Of a DNA stretch of 64,000 bases, positions 25,546 through 40,617 are shown in pieces (positions within the stretch are counted from its first letter, which is position 1; the number at the start of each line of letters is the position of its first letter). The notes under the pieces are model-generated. The model was not told where the DNA came from, searched no databases, and worked only from the letters and a program-made list of their open reading frames with translations. Origin of the DNA: Octopus sinensis (taxonomy: Eukaryota); assembly GCF_006345805.1 (NCBI RefSeq), contig NC_042997.1:68200001-68264000 (forward strand). The letters are read 5' to 3'. The position numbers and the translations under genes are program-made.

Positions 25546-28500
25546 TTTTACAAGTTATGCACTAGGTAGTTTTATCTGTATTGTACTCTAGTATAAGAAC
25601 AAGTTCTCTTAGGAATATTTATTTGACACACTTACGTCCTATATAGAGGACATTCATCATTTATCTACATACTTTGAAACTGTCACAGGCATGGTTGTGT
25701 GGTTAGAAAGTTCGCTTGTAAATAGGATATTTCCTTATTCGATACCCCCGAATGGTACCTTAGACAAGTGTTTCATATATTCTTATATCAACCAGTTCGT
25801 TGAGAACGTAATTTGGTAAAAGGTGTCTGTGTTGGCGCCCGTCGCACATATTCCCATATACACACATATATGCATACATACATACGTACATACATACATA
25901 CGTACATACATACATACATACATACATCCATACATACATACATACATACATACAAGTATATGTATACGTGTGTGTATGTATACACACACAGATATATTTG
26001 TTTGCAAAATTTATACGCATCATCTAGAGAGATATAATTGTTGACGTGAAACAAAAAGTACCTTGTAACGTTTATTTAGTAAGAGTTAAGTAAGCACTTC
26101 CTTGTTATTACTGCGATATCAAACTGCAATGAACCAGTAAGTAGTCATTCAGAAACGTATAAACGACCGTAATGTTTACAGAATCTTTCATGTCATACAC
26201 AAAAAAAAAAACCTATAATTAACCGATTTGTTTAACAATACTTAGATTTGTTCATTTATTCTTTAAAAATTTTGACATGTAGGATGATATAACTGGGTAG
26301 GTGTTATATTTGGAAAGGAATGTATTTTTTCATGGGTGTTGTCGAATTCGGGTTGAATTGAACAATAGAAAAAAACCCAAAGCAAAGAACAAACAAACAG
26401 AAAAACAACAGTAAAAAATGCCTTTGGTTCTCTTTATCAGAACTGACCAAAGCTAAAGAAGAAGAAGAAGTAGAAGAGGTAGAGGAGGAGGAGGAGAAGG
26501 AGGAGGTGCAACAACACAACAAACAACAACTCTTCCGATTAAGCTTTTCATGTGGTTAAACAATAACACCTTCAGGAACTACCAAAAATCTTTTATAAGG
26601 CTAGACATACTAGAAATATCAATCAAATCTTTCTGAAATAACTATCTACCGGCTCGAAAGGACACATCGGGTAGAGTAGTCCAATCTACACTATTTCTGA
26701 AATAAAATAGGGATAGCAATTGCTGGATTGCTTTTGATTATTTGTCTTCTGAACCAAGGCTGATTTGAGTTTTAAAAAACAACAAAAAAACCCAACAGCA
26801 GTAGCAAAGACGGCAGCAGCAGCAACAACAACAACATATCCAGATTATCACACAGCATACCATACAATTCATCACTGTATGTGGGAATGTAAAGAATGGG
26901 CGTAAGCGACGGTAGCATGAACAATAGATCAGGTGGGGTGGGCACCAAATCATTTTGTCGAGTTCCTACGTGTCACAGGACTGCTCAATGAAGGCTGAGC
27001 TAAAACAGTGACAACAACAAAAGAGTAGTAACTGATTGATGGAATGTCTTGACATTTGTTACGTATTTGTTTCTTGCCGGTGGGTACACAGTTTTTGTTT
27101 TTTTCTTTTCTTTTCTTTGCTTTTTGGAAAATAGTTTCACATCCACCCACTCTCCATACAATACCGACCAGAGAGGGTTACCAGGGGACGAACCTTTATT
27201 ATTTAAAAAAAAAATACCGAATAACAGGGAATTATTCTGTACGATCAACAATACGGCTGAAATTACCTCAAGAAAGCATTCTATATATTAAATTGAAATT
27301 AAATAGGGCTTCGCGCGCACACACACATACACACACACACGCGCGCGCACACACACTCAAAGGCACACACAGACACGCGCGGCATGCACACACATAATCT
27401 ATCTATCTATCTAGTTATTTGTCCGTCTCTTTCTCTATATGTGTGTATGTGTGCGTGTGTGCACGCGCACGTATACGTGTGTCTTTATCTGAATATTGAT
27501 CCAACACTGCATGTTATAACTTTCTTAAACCAACGCGTCTATGTTAACACAGTGATTAAAGATTGAAGAAAATAGGCAATAGGAGTATATGCATATTTCA
27601 AGCGTTATTGCTTTTTCGTCAGCACCATATCCAAACCATTAACTCTCCATGATCACGTTGCTTAAATGGCCATTAAGTGTAACGGTGTAAAACTAATGGA
27701 TAGACTAATTTAGCGATTAACGACATTCATGGCAACTGGTACGTGCATATTAATGGACGAAATATGCATATACGACCATTACCTATTTTCTCTACATTCG
27801 ATATCGTTGTTTATATAGACGTGTTCGTATACGAAACGTCGTAACTTTCAGTGCTGGCTCTGAATTCTATAGGAAATGTATGGCAATAAACTTAAAAGTG
27901 GATACATCGCACTACCACCACAAGGTAAGGCGCTATATTGACTAGTAAACTTCGAATATAATTGGAAATATATATGCGCGCGCGCGCGTATTTCCAAATG
28001 TGGATGTTATTTGGCCTAATCTAGAAAGATATGCAGCAAAGTTGTCCTCCACTTTGCACTTTGCAACGCAGGAAATTTGCGGAACGCATGTAGTCGATTG
28101 AAACAATCTAGTACTTGACTGGTGCTTAATTTATCGATTTGGAGAAAGGAGAAGGATAAATGGTTTGAATTTAGTGTATAAAGGGCTATAACTAAATGAA
28201 ATAAGGCATTTTTGTCCAACATTTTACTTATTCTAACGCATTGCTGTTCAGTCTTGTGCCTGTCCTGTGCATCATATGTAATACACAGGGCATTTCCCTA
28301 GCATCAATATGTCATGTCTGATACACATTCCCAATTGTTTCCAACTTCAAGAGTAAATTTGGACTTATTAAAAACAAAAACAAAAACCTTATGTTATTCA
28401 GAATGTATCAAACAAGGGCTAATTAAATGTTTGAAAACGAGTAAGGATATTTAGGATACTTACAAAACTGCTTTGGACAGGCAAACGGTTAATCATTAAC

Positions 28501-29212
28501 AATGTCTAACATGGGCACAGGGACACAAAATTTTAGGGAAAGATAACGTCGAACCCCAGCAAGGGATGAAATTAAATACCACAAGGCATTTTGTACAACT
28601 TTCTATTATTTGTGACACCATTCTTCATATCAATGATAATTTCTTATATAGGCTAATAACTAGAAATAAAAATTGTCCTTGTCATGAGGTATACGACCAT
28701 AAATTTAGTGGGCAGAGTGACAGTCGATACGTCTATTCTTTTATTTAAGTGGAGGTTTATTTTGATTTATTTGAGCATATCAATTCCAGTGCGTAGGCTA
28801 AACACCTCTTTTACTCGTAAGGGTTTATAGATTAAGTCGGCAGCGCATAAAACGAGACGACAATCAGAACGAGATATAACACGTTACTTCGACTAAGGGA
28901 TAAAAATATCCGTGTTTACTATCGGTATCAGTTACCTGTGCTCTCCCTGGGCGTGGGTATGCATGCACACTATGCTCGTAGGGGAACAACAGAGTAAACA
29001 AAACGTTTTCAGGAAACAAATTTAAATAATCAAAAAATGGAGAAAACTTTTGATCCACAAACACAAATTGGATCACATCTGTAGATTACTTTTTAATACA
29101 AAACATGACATTTCTATGTCATAGAAATTAAGAATATTGTGTTCTACCAGCTGGTTATTGGTATCGCTATTGCATTGCGCTGTTATAAAATAATATCAAT
29201 ATATATATAGAA

Positions 29213-29630
29213 TAAGGCGGTGAGCTGTTAGAATGGTTAGAAGGGCCGGGCAAAATGCTTAGCGGCATTTCGACCGCCGTTACGTTCTAGGGTCAAATTC
29301 CACCGAGGTCGTCTTTACCTTTCATCCTTTCGGGCTCGATAAAATAAGTACCAGTTGATCACTGGGTTGATGGAAATGGACTTACTCCTCCCCCAAAGCC
29401 AAAATTTGAAACCAGTATATACACAGAATAAGGCGGCAAGCTGGCAGAATAGTTAACACGCCGGTCAGAATGCATTTCACCATTTCGTCCAGATCTACGT
29501 TACAAGTTCAAATTCCGCCTTTCATCCTTTTGGAGTCGATAAATAAGTACCAGTTGAGTGCTGGGGATCGATGCAATCGACGTACCCCCTCCCCCGCAAT
29601 TGCTGGCTTTGTGCCGAAATTTGAAACAGA
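29213..29630 (+). mobile_element. Two head-to-tail SINE A copies
   Basis: Each starts agaataaggcgg(t/c)(g/a)agctg and carries the core (about 29213-29415 and 29428-29630). Confidence 0.88.
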
Positions 29631-31220
29631 AAGATGAATCACGAAGTTGACGTTGGTGGTTTTTGAACTCAAAATCCTAAGGAACCAGAACAAATACTGC
29701 AAAGTAGACTGTTCGACGATCAAGTCACGACAATCTGCCAATTCACTAACCTTGATATCCTATCTTTTTTTCTTTTTTGCATATTATTAATCTCCGACAT
29801 CAAAAACGTAGGGATCCGAAAAATTTTTTTCCAAAAAATGCATTTTTTCAGGAGGGGTGCGATTCTACATTAGTCCCCAAAAGTATTCATTTTGTTGTTT
29901 TTAAACAATATAAAATTACTTAAAAAATAATAGATTTCAGGCTAATGCTTTACCAATGTGATTTTTATATATTAATTACACCGACAAAGAAGGAACGTGG
30001 ATCTTGTTATAAGTGTATCAGATGTCAAAATAACGAAAGCAATATGTGTAAAATAAAGAAAGAACTCGCATTGTGTAGTTTTTACAAAAAAAATGCTGTT
30101 ATGCACTTCAAGTACTAACGAAATACTTATACAAAAAAAGAAAGTACCTTTTAGATTCGCTATGAACATGGGTATTAAAACATATCAAATAGCAGCTGTA
30201 AACCTTAATCAGTTCTTAATCAACAGGAAAACAATTAAAAAAAAATTCAGTTTGAGTTTCTTACGTTCAAAACCTAAAAATCTGAAAACCATCTTGGAAT
30301 AAACGATAAAAGAGAGCAAACATCTACAGCGCTAGTTAAAAAAAACATCGTAAGTTGCCAGTTTGTTTCCGAAATGTGCACGTGTGTGTGTGGTAAATCT
30401 GTGTCTTACTGGTAAGATGTGTTGCAGGAATCTCTAAGCAGCACTCATTAACATACAGCGCACGCGCATACGCATACATGTTCTCGTGCACACCCCATTT
30501 TTGTTTTAGACTGAAACTGTGTAGTAACACATATTCCACGTGCTCCAAGCGTGGTGTTGATGCAAATTTATTCTTTCATCATCTTTGTTGTTTTTCTCCT
30601 TCAATCTTCCCATTCACATGTATCCATTTTATTTTCAGTCACTGAATGCCTCCTCTCTCGCTCAAAACCTCCTTTCTCCCTCCCACATTCTTTCGCTCAA
30701 ATACCTCCTCCTTCTCTCCTTCATTCTCAAAACCTTCCCTTCCTGTTTCCCTCACTCACATACTCATTCGCTCGATCTCCCCTCTTTATTTTACTCATTT
30801 ACTTTTTGCCTATCTTCAAATTCTCTTTTTCTTGCATTTCCCCCCCCGTCGTTCTTTCTCCCCCTTCCCTTACTTTACCGCCAATCCTCTTATTACCGAT
30901 GTGTTTTTGTTTTTGGAAGAACGCTTTACGTTAGATACTTGCCCTGTCTGACTGATTAGCTCTCTTTCTCTGCTCTTCTCTCTCTCGAACTCTTCTTTCT
31001 TTCGGACTCTTCTCTCTTTCCAACTTTCTCTGTCTCACACTCACAGTAGGATCCGAAGAAACTAGTGCTGTTTGTGTGTCAGTAAAATATTCAGATAATT
31101 CAGGAAATGGAATGTTTTTATGCGTTACGAGCAGAACACTTCGTCGAGAAAAGATGAAATATCAACTTGGTTTTGAAGGATAAGTAAACGCAGATTAGTG
31201 GGCATACTTGAGTGCGTGTA

Positions 31221-31330
<110 letters not shown>

Positions 31331-32309
31331 GAAAGAGAGAGATTGAGAGAGAAAGAGAAGGAAGAGATAGAAGAGGCGGAAGTTGCAATTGTCAGAAAGA
31401 GAAAAAATATAAAGCACGCCATCAGATTTAAAAACAACGAGAGTTGTAGGAGGTAAAGACAAGGGAATGCTATAAACATAGACAGACATACATAAACACA
31501 CAGAAGTGTGTGCTTGTGTATTCGTATGCGTATTAGAAAAGTAATTAGGGGTATCGTGAATTTGAAATAGTGAAGTCACTTGGTATGCAAAAAGTAGTAT
31601 CCATATCCTCTTTCGAATCAACAACGGGTTAAAAATGGAAGGAATTGGACAGTGCAATCACTGATATACGGAGACGACGGAACTGTCATGATCGGAATGC
31701 CTCCCATACAAGCACGTACACAGACACGCATACACACATACATACATACACACACACGCACATACATACACACACACAAACATACGCCCAAACACACACT
31801 CACACACATGCACACATACACACACACACGTACATGAACACATGCATACACACACTCTCACACACACACTTACACAACCTCACACACTAACACACACTAG
31901 CACACACATGCACACACACACACACACTCACACACACATGGTGGCTGTGAAGTCGTAGTTGAGGATGAGCCTCACTGACAACTATGTTATCTTTGATGTT
32001 TATGGCTATCAGCAATGCCTGCGCAGGGATTTAACATCGACATCTTGCACGACATTGTTAAGACTCTCACCTACAATGCTCTTGCTTGCTTCTGGATCAA
32101 GCGAGAGCAAGATCTCCAACTTGCAGTAAGGCAGGTGAGAAGCCTAATATTACTATCATCCCCCGTGAATACACTTTAAATTTTCATGCTTTTTATAAAT
32201 ACATTGACCTCACATTTCACACGTTGAAACACATTTACCCAGACACGCATTTTTACCTCCACATCCATGTATCAATGTTATACTGTCATGGAATTTCCTT
32301 TCCCTAGAG

Positions 32310-32517
32310 CAAAGGTCGGGGAACCTCTTTAACCAATTACCTCCAAATATATCTATTTACGCCAAAATTACCCCCTTGATCGAAAGGAAGAAAATCATAG
32401 ATAACAAGGAACATTTAAAAAAATATAATTTTACTTGTGTCTAATGAGTCCTCATTAACCCCCAAAATTTCATTTTTATTCTACTTGGGGTAATTTACCC
32501 CGGTTCGCCGACCCCTG
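32310..32517. mobile_element. hAT (Charlie-like) MITE with perfect 8-bp TSD
   Basis: TIRs caaaggtcggggaacc / ggttcgccgacccctg. TSD CCCTAGAG at 32302-32309 and 32518-32525. Confidence 0.9.
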
Positions 32518-33037
32518 CCCTAGAGGGATATCTAATAAAAGACTAAGAACCTCCTATAAATGAAGTTGAAGATGTACAGAGAATATATGAAGATTTATTA
32601 AAATTTTACCACGCTCATACACACGCACACACACACATACACACACATATTAACACAAACATACAAACTTGACCGGTTTCATATTTAATTTTAAAAAGTG
32701 TATGGTAGGTGGATCAAATTTTTTTTGATAGCGACAATGTGGCTCAGATTACTATAAGTTAATGTTCAGATTGAGTGGTTGAAGATTGTCACGTGGTCAG
32801 GTAAGGGGATTTGGGGTCACTTTTCCTCTCCGTTTATGTATTAGGGTTATGTGATAGTCTTGCGAGAAGGCTGCATCAAATCTTTTAGAACAGTTGCTAT
32901 GAAAGGTGAAAGTCACGACTGAATTTAGGAGTTGTCTGGTGGTTGTGTCCATGCGTTAGATTAAAAGACACTCCCACCCAAACAAACACACACACACATA
33001 CACGCACGCGCACGCGCACACACACGCACGCACACAC

Positions 33038-33073
<36 letters not shown>

Positions 33074-33274
33074 GCACACACACACACATACACACACACG
33101 CGCGGAAAGGTAAAGAGGACTTAGTGAAAATGAAATGAAATAACTGAAATTTCCAATACCCAAAATTAAAGTTGAATTAAGGAACTTTCATCAATAGGGG
33201 CTTTTTATACAGCCATCTCTCTCTATCTCTCTCTCTCCCCATATATATATGTGTGTATGTATGTATGTATATGC

Positions 33275-33410
<136 letters not shown>

Positions 33411-33436
33411 ATATATATACATATATACATAATGAA

Positions 33437-33757
33437 TACGCGTGGTTTAGCAGATAGTGTATTCAGCTCAAGATCGTAAGGTCGTGAATTCAATTCCGGG
33501 CGACGTGCTCTGCCCTTGAGCAAAATACATTAATTCACCTCGCTTCAGTACACTCAGCTGACAAAAACGAGTAGTACTTGTATTTTAAAGGGACAGTCTT
33601 GTCACATTTTGTATCACGCTGAATCTCCCTGAGAACTACGTTAAAGGTATACGTGTTTGTGGAGTGCTGAGCCACTTGCACGTTAATTTCACGAACAGGC
33701 TGTTCCGTTGATCGGATCAACTGGAACCATCGTCGTCGGAACCAACGAGGTTCCATG
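33437..33757 (+). mobile_element. SINE family C
   Basis: tRNA-like head (gtggtttagc...gtgaattcaattccggg). The body aligns with the reverse complement of 63680-63997. Confidence 0.85.
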
Positions 33758-34182
33758 ATATATATATATGTGTGTGTGTGTGGAGTGGGTGGGTGGGTGT
33801 GCGTGTATTTATACACACACAAACACATACATACTTGAAGAGGTCGTCGTAACGTTACAAGATGCTAATGCATGGCTGGATCTGAAAAATGAGATATAAA
33901 TAGACTTGAAGAAAACTAGACATTCGTTTTACCTGCCGACAATGAAGAAAAACCTACAGTAAAATTGTTTTCTCTTCGTGTTTAGGGATGAAGTATGAGC
34001 CGTGTTGTAAATTTATTTAACATACAGAGAGACTATTAAATGAAAGCTCGACTGAATTGCAATTCCTAGTTCGAGTTGGGGATTGCAGTCACATAAACCA
34101 CGCCCATCTTACGCACATAGCGAGATTAAATTTGTATATGGTAGGCACATTCATTATGCAAAAAAGTAGGCATTGTGTCAAG

Positions 34183-34264
34183 ACTTACGCAATAACTCGA
34201 TAAATTACGCTATACTTACGCAATAACCCAATAAATTACACAATACTTGCGCAATAACTCAATA
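34183..34264. repeat. 31-bp tandem repeat, about 2.6 copies
   Basis: acttacgcaataactcgataaattacgctat / acttacgcaataacccaataaattacacaat / acttgcgcaataactcaata. Confidence 0.85.
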
Positions 34265-34739
34265 ACTCAAGTAAATTTTACTGTGAATTTGTTCTTATAG
34301 ATAGATTTTACTGTAATATATAGCTATTTTTTGTATTATTCTATTTTTTGTACTAACTAATTATGTACTACTATTATTTTTTATAACTTATTTTCAAATT
34401 TCTAATTATCAATTAATAATTAAACAAATGAATTTTTTAAAGTGCAAAACTATTTTTAATTTTTAATAGAAGTAACAAGTAATAACAAATAAAGGTAATA
34501 ACTTGTAATGAATTTTTTAGCTTTAATAAAAGCTAATATTATCTAAATCTAAATATTTTATTTGAAATTTTATCCTTAGCTGCAATATTTTAAGTAAAAA
34601 TTTTTTTGTTCTGTACTTTACTAGACGTAGTAAGTTGTACTGAACTTTCCGTCTGTAATAACTTGTCCTGCAATTTTCCAGGTTTATAATATTAAGAATA
34701 TTATTTCTCTTGCTCGCATTTTCCCATGCAATATACATA

Positions 34740-35474
<735 letters not shown>

Positions 35475-35489
35475 TCCAAAGCCTTTTCA

Positions 35490-35640
35490 TTTTTATATAG
35501 TTTTCTGATCAAGGACTACTGTCCGAAACGTTGTTGCTCTTTCTTTCTAAGCGTTAAACTAATACAACATTTTAAAAAACTTGACCCATCTGGGTTTTAC
35601 CTTTTCTATTTTCGTTTTGTGCAATAGCTTCGCAATATAT
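35490..35640 (+). mobile_element. Penelope-type terminal repeat with degenerate HHR
   Basis: CTGATCA-A-GGAC-TACT-GTCC-GAAAC-GTT at 35505-35532, then aagcgttaaactaataca as in the GTAG family. Confidence 0.55.
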
Positions 35641-35925
35641 ATCTTTTACTTCTTTAAATCATTAGACTCTGGTCATGCTGGGGCATCGCTTTGAAGGGAT
35701 TAGACAAACAAATCAAACCCCAGGACTTATTATTAAGTCTCGTACTCATTCTATCGGTTCACTTTTGCTAAACCTCTAAACTATGAAGATGTAAACAAAC
35801 CAACATAGATATTCAAGCTTTAGTGGTGGATATAGACATACGCATACACATGTACATTCATGCGTATATGTGTGTAATATACCTTTATGTATCCATGTAT
35901 GTAAATATATATATATATATATATA

Positions 35926-36063
35926 TATAACACAAATAAGGAAATGGAGAAATAAATTTAGTTTGTTCATCAACTTTCGGATATTATAATGTTGGATTAT
36001 TTATTCAAACTAAATTTGATGAACAAACTAAATTTGTTTCTCCATTTTCTTATTTGTATTATA
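35926..36063. repeat. Inverted repeat (48-bp arms, 42-nt loop)
   Basis: 35926-35973 versus the reverse complement of 36016-36063: 45/48 identical. Confidence 0.9.
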
Positions 36064-36300
36064 AATTTACGGTAAAAATATTTCTTTACCTTCACCCGTT
36101 TAATACAATAAATGAATTAATTGCATTGCAATTAAAAACATTTATGTATTAAGAATCTGGGTACTTTACCAACAGTATATTGGATAAATGCTATCCCATA
36201 GTGGGTTACATCCATAATCCCTATCTTACTTTGTACTATATATATATATATATATATATATAAACACACATGCGATGGGTTGCACACAGTTTCCGTCTAT

Positions 36301-36426
36301 CAGTGGTTCTCAACCATTTTTTGTCTGTGTATTGTACAAGTCCAAGCAATTTATTGCACATAAAATTTAAAAAGAAAATGTTATATAGATCCCCATGGAT
36401 CATATGGACCTTGGTTGGGAACCTCT
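36301..36426. mobile_element. hAT (Charlie-like) MITE nested in SINE B
   Basis: cagtggttctcaacc ... ggttgggaacc TIR-like ends interrupt the SINE B head sequence. Confidence 0.7.
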
Positions 36427-36657
36427 CACCTACCTGCTTCATTCACAAACCATTGTTTAACCTAGGGCTATAGTAGAAGTCACTTGCTTAAGGTACCGCG
36501 CTGTAGGATTGAACTCCAAATTACGTGGTGCCAAAGAGAGCTTCTTAACTTCATAGCGATGCCTGCACCTATGTATATATAAATATACGAACAGACACAT
36601 TCGTAATTATATATATAAGCAATAATACACACAATCACACATATGTACACACGCACG

Positions 36658-36706
<49 letters not shown>

Positions 36707-38799
36707 ACACACACACACGTATATAAATATAAACATTGTTTCTCTTTCCTTCAATTTTACTTTGCTTTATTCTAAATTCTGCATTGATTTTAGACTCAAG
36801 TTATTTTTCATCTCTTTCTGTTCATGTCATATCTAAATCTTTTCTTCAGTGTCGTTAATTTCTATTTCGTATCTTATTGTTCCCTCACACACAAACACGC
36901 ATTCTTTATGTTTTCAACAGTTTTATGCGAATTTCTACTGCACCACCAGATGCCACCTAGCACTCCCGAGGCTCATGAAGCATGATCTTTCGATATATTT
37001 GCAGGCTGTATCTTTTGTTTTGTTTGTTGTATAGTTTTTATTGTTATTTCTCGTGATAATAGTGTTTTGTCAGGTTGTTCTGTAAACTGAAAGCTGTGCG
37101 TGTTGCTTTACTTCAAATGTTGATTGAGCAAAATATGAGGCTTGGGTGTTAATGATGGTATGTGGGATGTTTCATAGCGTCGGTTGTCCATTTTACAAGA
37201 GTAAGTACTGTGTTATTTGGGTGGTAATTTGTTTCCAGCTGTTGATTCTCAAACACTGTTCCATGGATTTCTAATGTTCCATGGCTTAGTAAATATAGAA
37301 AATGCCAGTCTAGAAAATTTAAAAAAATACTAATACGTTAGTATCTTGAAATGCGTGCTGTTTATATTTTGTTATACACAAGTATGAAGTAAGATACTCA
37401 AACGTTTTCTATATTTTTTTCCAAATTTTTACATTTAAAGAAAAATATTTTTAAACTTTGCATGTGAGGTGCGTCTGCAATTCTTTTATCTAATCACCAA
37501 TGCTCCAGTAACAAAAAAAAAAAAACCCCCAAAAACTATAAGAACCGCTATTGTTGGATATTTATTCGTATGAGTTGTTTAATTATTGGGTGGAGATTAA
37601 GTAGAATATATGTTAATTGTCGTTTAGAGAGGGTACTGGGTGAATTGCTCTTTTGAATTGAAGGTGTTTTACGTAGAATGTGGGCTGTATCTAACAGGAT
37701 TATTTATTTGTTTTTGAGTCGAGTGTTGAAAGCTAAGTTATGGTATGTTTTTTTTTTCTCAAGTTGATTCTCTGTTCAGGCCAGGAGTCGCTAGAGCTTC
37801 GTGCAAAATGTCATAGTATATTTAACTAAAAAAATTGCGTTCTGTGTTGAAACCTCATTGAAATGAGTTCATCTTCCCTTCTCTGGGTTCCGTAAAAATT
37901 AAGTTTTAGTCATATTTTGTGAGAAAAGTGTGGATGGCTGATAGGATATGTAGTAGAGACTCGACCGAACATGAAGTCAATGCTTCGTATCTTGTCCTTG
38001 GCATTGTGTTTCATTCAAAAAGTTCAGTCCACCTAGTTGTAAATTAGTCCACAGGAATTCGGCAAGTGCGGTGATGTGTGCCTCGCTAACCGAAAAGTGT
38101 TTATTGGAATAATTAATATAATTAAAAAGTTAATTGCGAATAATTATTCAACAAAATGATTATATTTGTATTTGACTAAGAGTGACGTTTGTTCAGCACA
38201 TAATTATTCATATTAACTTTTTAATGCTTACCTCACTGAATATGTTAATAAAAAAAACTTAACTAGTATTTTTCCAAGTAGATGTCTCTGAGTTACTCAA
38301 CTCTGTATGATAATAACCCACCTTTTCAAACAGCGTCAATAAACACTGTTGAATCGGGGATTCACTTGCGCTTGTTAAAAAATTTGCTTCGATTGTATCT
38401 GAGTGTGATACTGGAAAAGATTTATCTCTTGCTCATTGAAGTCATGAAAACTGAAGATGCATACCAGGCTGTATTGTTTGTTGGAAATAGAAAGAAAAAG
38501 GATTATTTTTAAGTATGTATTGAGGTCGAACGATTTGGTCCACTATACTCCATCTCTACTGCGTATTTAAGAGTGAACTCAGGAAACTCTACATGGTCAC
38601 ATATCCCACTGGAACAGCAGTTCCCAAATGTTTCACAATCTCAAATATTTTTGCCAAATAAATAATTCTCTATTGCTTAATAATGAAACAAAAACACTTT
38701 CACAGTGTTTTATTAAGGTTTAGTACTTCTGTTAATAGTCAATGTTCCGTAGTCCTAATGCCTGTCTACAATTAATTTATAACATATATAAAGGCCATT

Positions 38800-39010
38800 G
38801 ACCTTTAGAATCGTTAGCATGCCGGACAAAATTCTTAGTGACATTTCTTCCGACTCTTTACGTACTAAGCTCAAATCCCGCAGTGGTCGAATTTGCGTTT
38901 CATACTTTCGAGATAGATGAAATAAAGTAGCAGTTAAATATCGGGGTTGATGTAATCAACTAGCCTCTCCCACCAAATCTCAGGACTCGTGCCTATATTA
39001 GAAAGGATTA
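38800..39010 (+). mobile_element. SINE family A, diverged
   Basis: agaatcgttagcatgccggac head, decayed core and ctcaggactcgtgcctatattagaaaggat tail. Confidence 0.75.
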
Positions 39011-39214
39011 TAATATACTAAAAAATCCATTTTTACATTTTATCAAAGATTCCAAATATATCATCTTTTTTCATTTGCGACACTTTCAGATGAAAATCAC
39101 CGCCAAATTTCGAGTGTGTGTCATAGGCGGGTAATCACTGTAATAGAAATATCAGATAAAATTTCCTCTGATTTCACACTGTTTACCTTCTACTCTTTTA
39201 AAGCTTACATAGCC

Positions 39215-39250
39215 AACAACCACAACCACAACAACAACAACAGCAGCAGC

Positions 39251-39308
<58 letters not shown>

Positions 39309-39335
39309 GCAACAACAAAAATAACAATAACAACA
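39215..39335. repeat. (AAC)n microsatellite
   Basis: Directly visible. Confidence 0.95.
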
Positions 39336-40466
39336 TATTTAAGCGAATTCAGTAGAACATGTTTCGTTTTTGTATTTGGTTTGCAAGATTCTTTATGTGA
39401 ATTCGTGTGCTGAAGCATATTTTATTGTGTCTAGGGAGTGTCATTCTCTTTTAGTCCCTTATAATTTAATAAACTTACCGGACTGATTTCCTTTCATTTA
39501 CTTCATTTTTACTAAAAGTTTTCTTTGCTTTTTGCAACCTTTTCAAAGTCATTGACTCTAAGAAATATACATAGGTGTCATACCACAATACCTAAAGTTT
39601 ATATGGGCACATAAACCCATACACAGACACATACAAACATATATACACAAGAAGACAGAAGTACACTCACAAATACGCACACACATATACAGTCACACAT
39701 ATACGTACACATACACACAAACACAAACATAAACACAGACACACACATGTACACAAAGACACACACAAACATGAACACATATGCTCATGGATATGCAGAA
39801 TACATACCAAAATACAAGCGTGCACACATGCATACATATATATATATATGCATGCACACATACATGTTACACAGATACATGCCGGGTACATACATACAAG
39901 CGTGCACGCATGCATACATACACATATATATGCATACACACACGCATACATGCATACACACATTCATACATAGATATATACATACATACATATATGTATG
40001 CGCAGACAAAAAAGAACGCAACGAAAATTTTAGAAAAACTAATTAAATAAATGAGTGGAAATCAGACCGGTGAGTGACTTTAATTAATAAGGGACTAAAA
40101 GAGAATGACTCTCCCCAGACACAATAAAATAGAACATATGTTCTTTTAAAATTGGACCGCTACAAAACTACAATAAAATCTGTTTTGCCATACGTTTTAA
40201 TTTAAAAAAAGTAAAAAAGAAGCCAACTGGAAGATGAGTACAATTGAGAAATACAAAGATGCAAACAAATATTAAAAAAAGAGCAAGTATCATTCGTTTA
40301 CACGTATAAAAACTGTTGCATATTATTCCTGTAATGAAAGAAAATAAATGACCTCGTGCTGGTAGATAAACATAAGGAACTATCGCAACACAAACATGCA
40401 AACACTCACGCATCTCTATCTATACATTGATCATATTAATGAATGGATGTATGAAAATACGTATAC

Positions 40467-40502
<36 letters not shown>

Positions 40503-40580
40503 ACACTCACACACACACACACACACACCACACACACACACACATATATATATATACATATATATATATATGTATATATA

Positions 40581-40615
<35 letters not shown>

Positions 40616-40617
40616 AA

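Larger units (their letters stand above)
35660..36570 (-). mobile_element. SINE family B split by nested insertions
   Basis: Tail at about 35660-35830 and head at about 36270-36570. A hairpin element sits in the spacer and a hAT MITE in the head. Confidence 0.7.
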
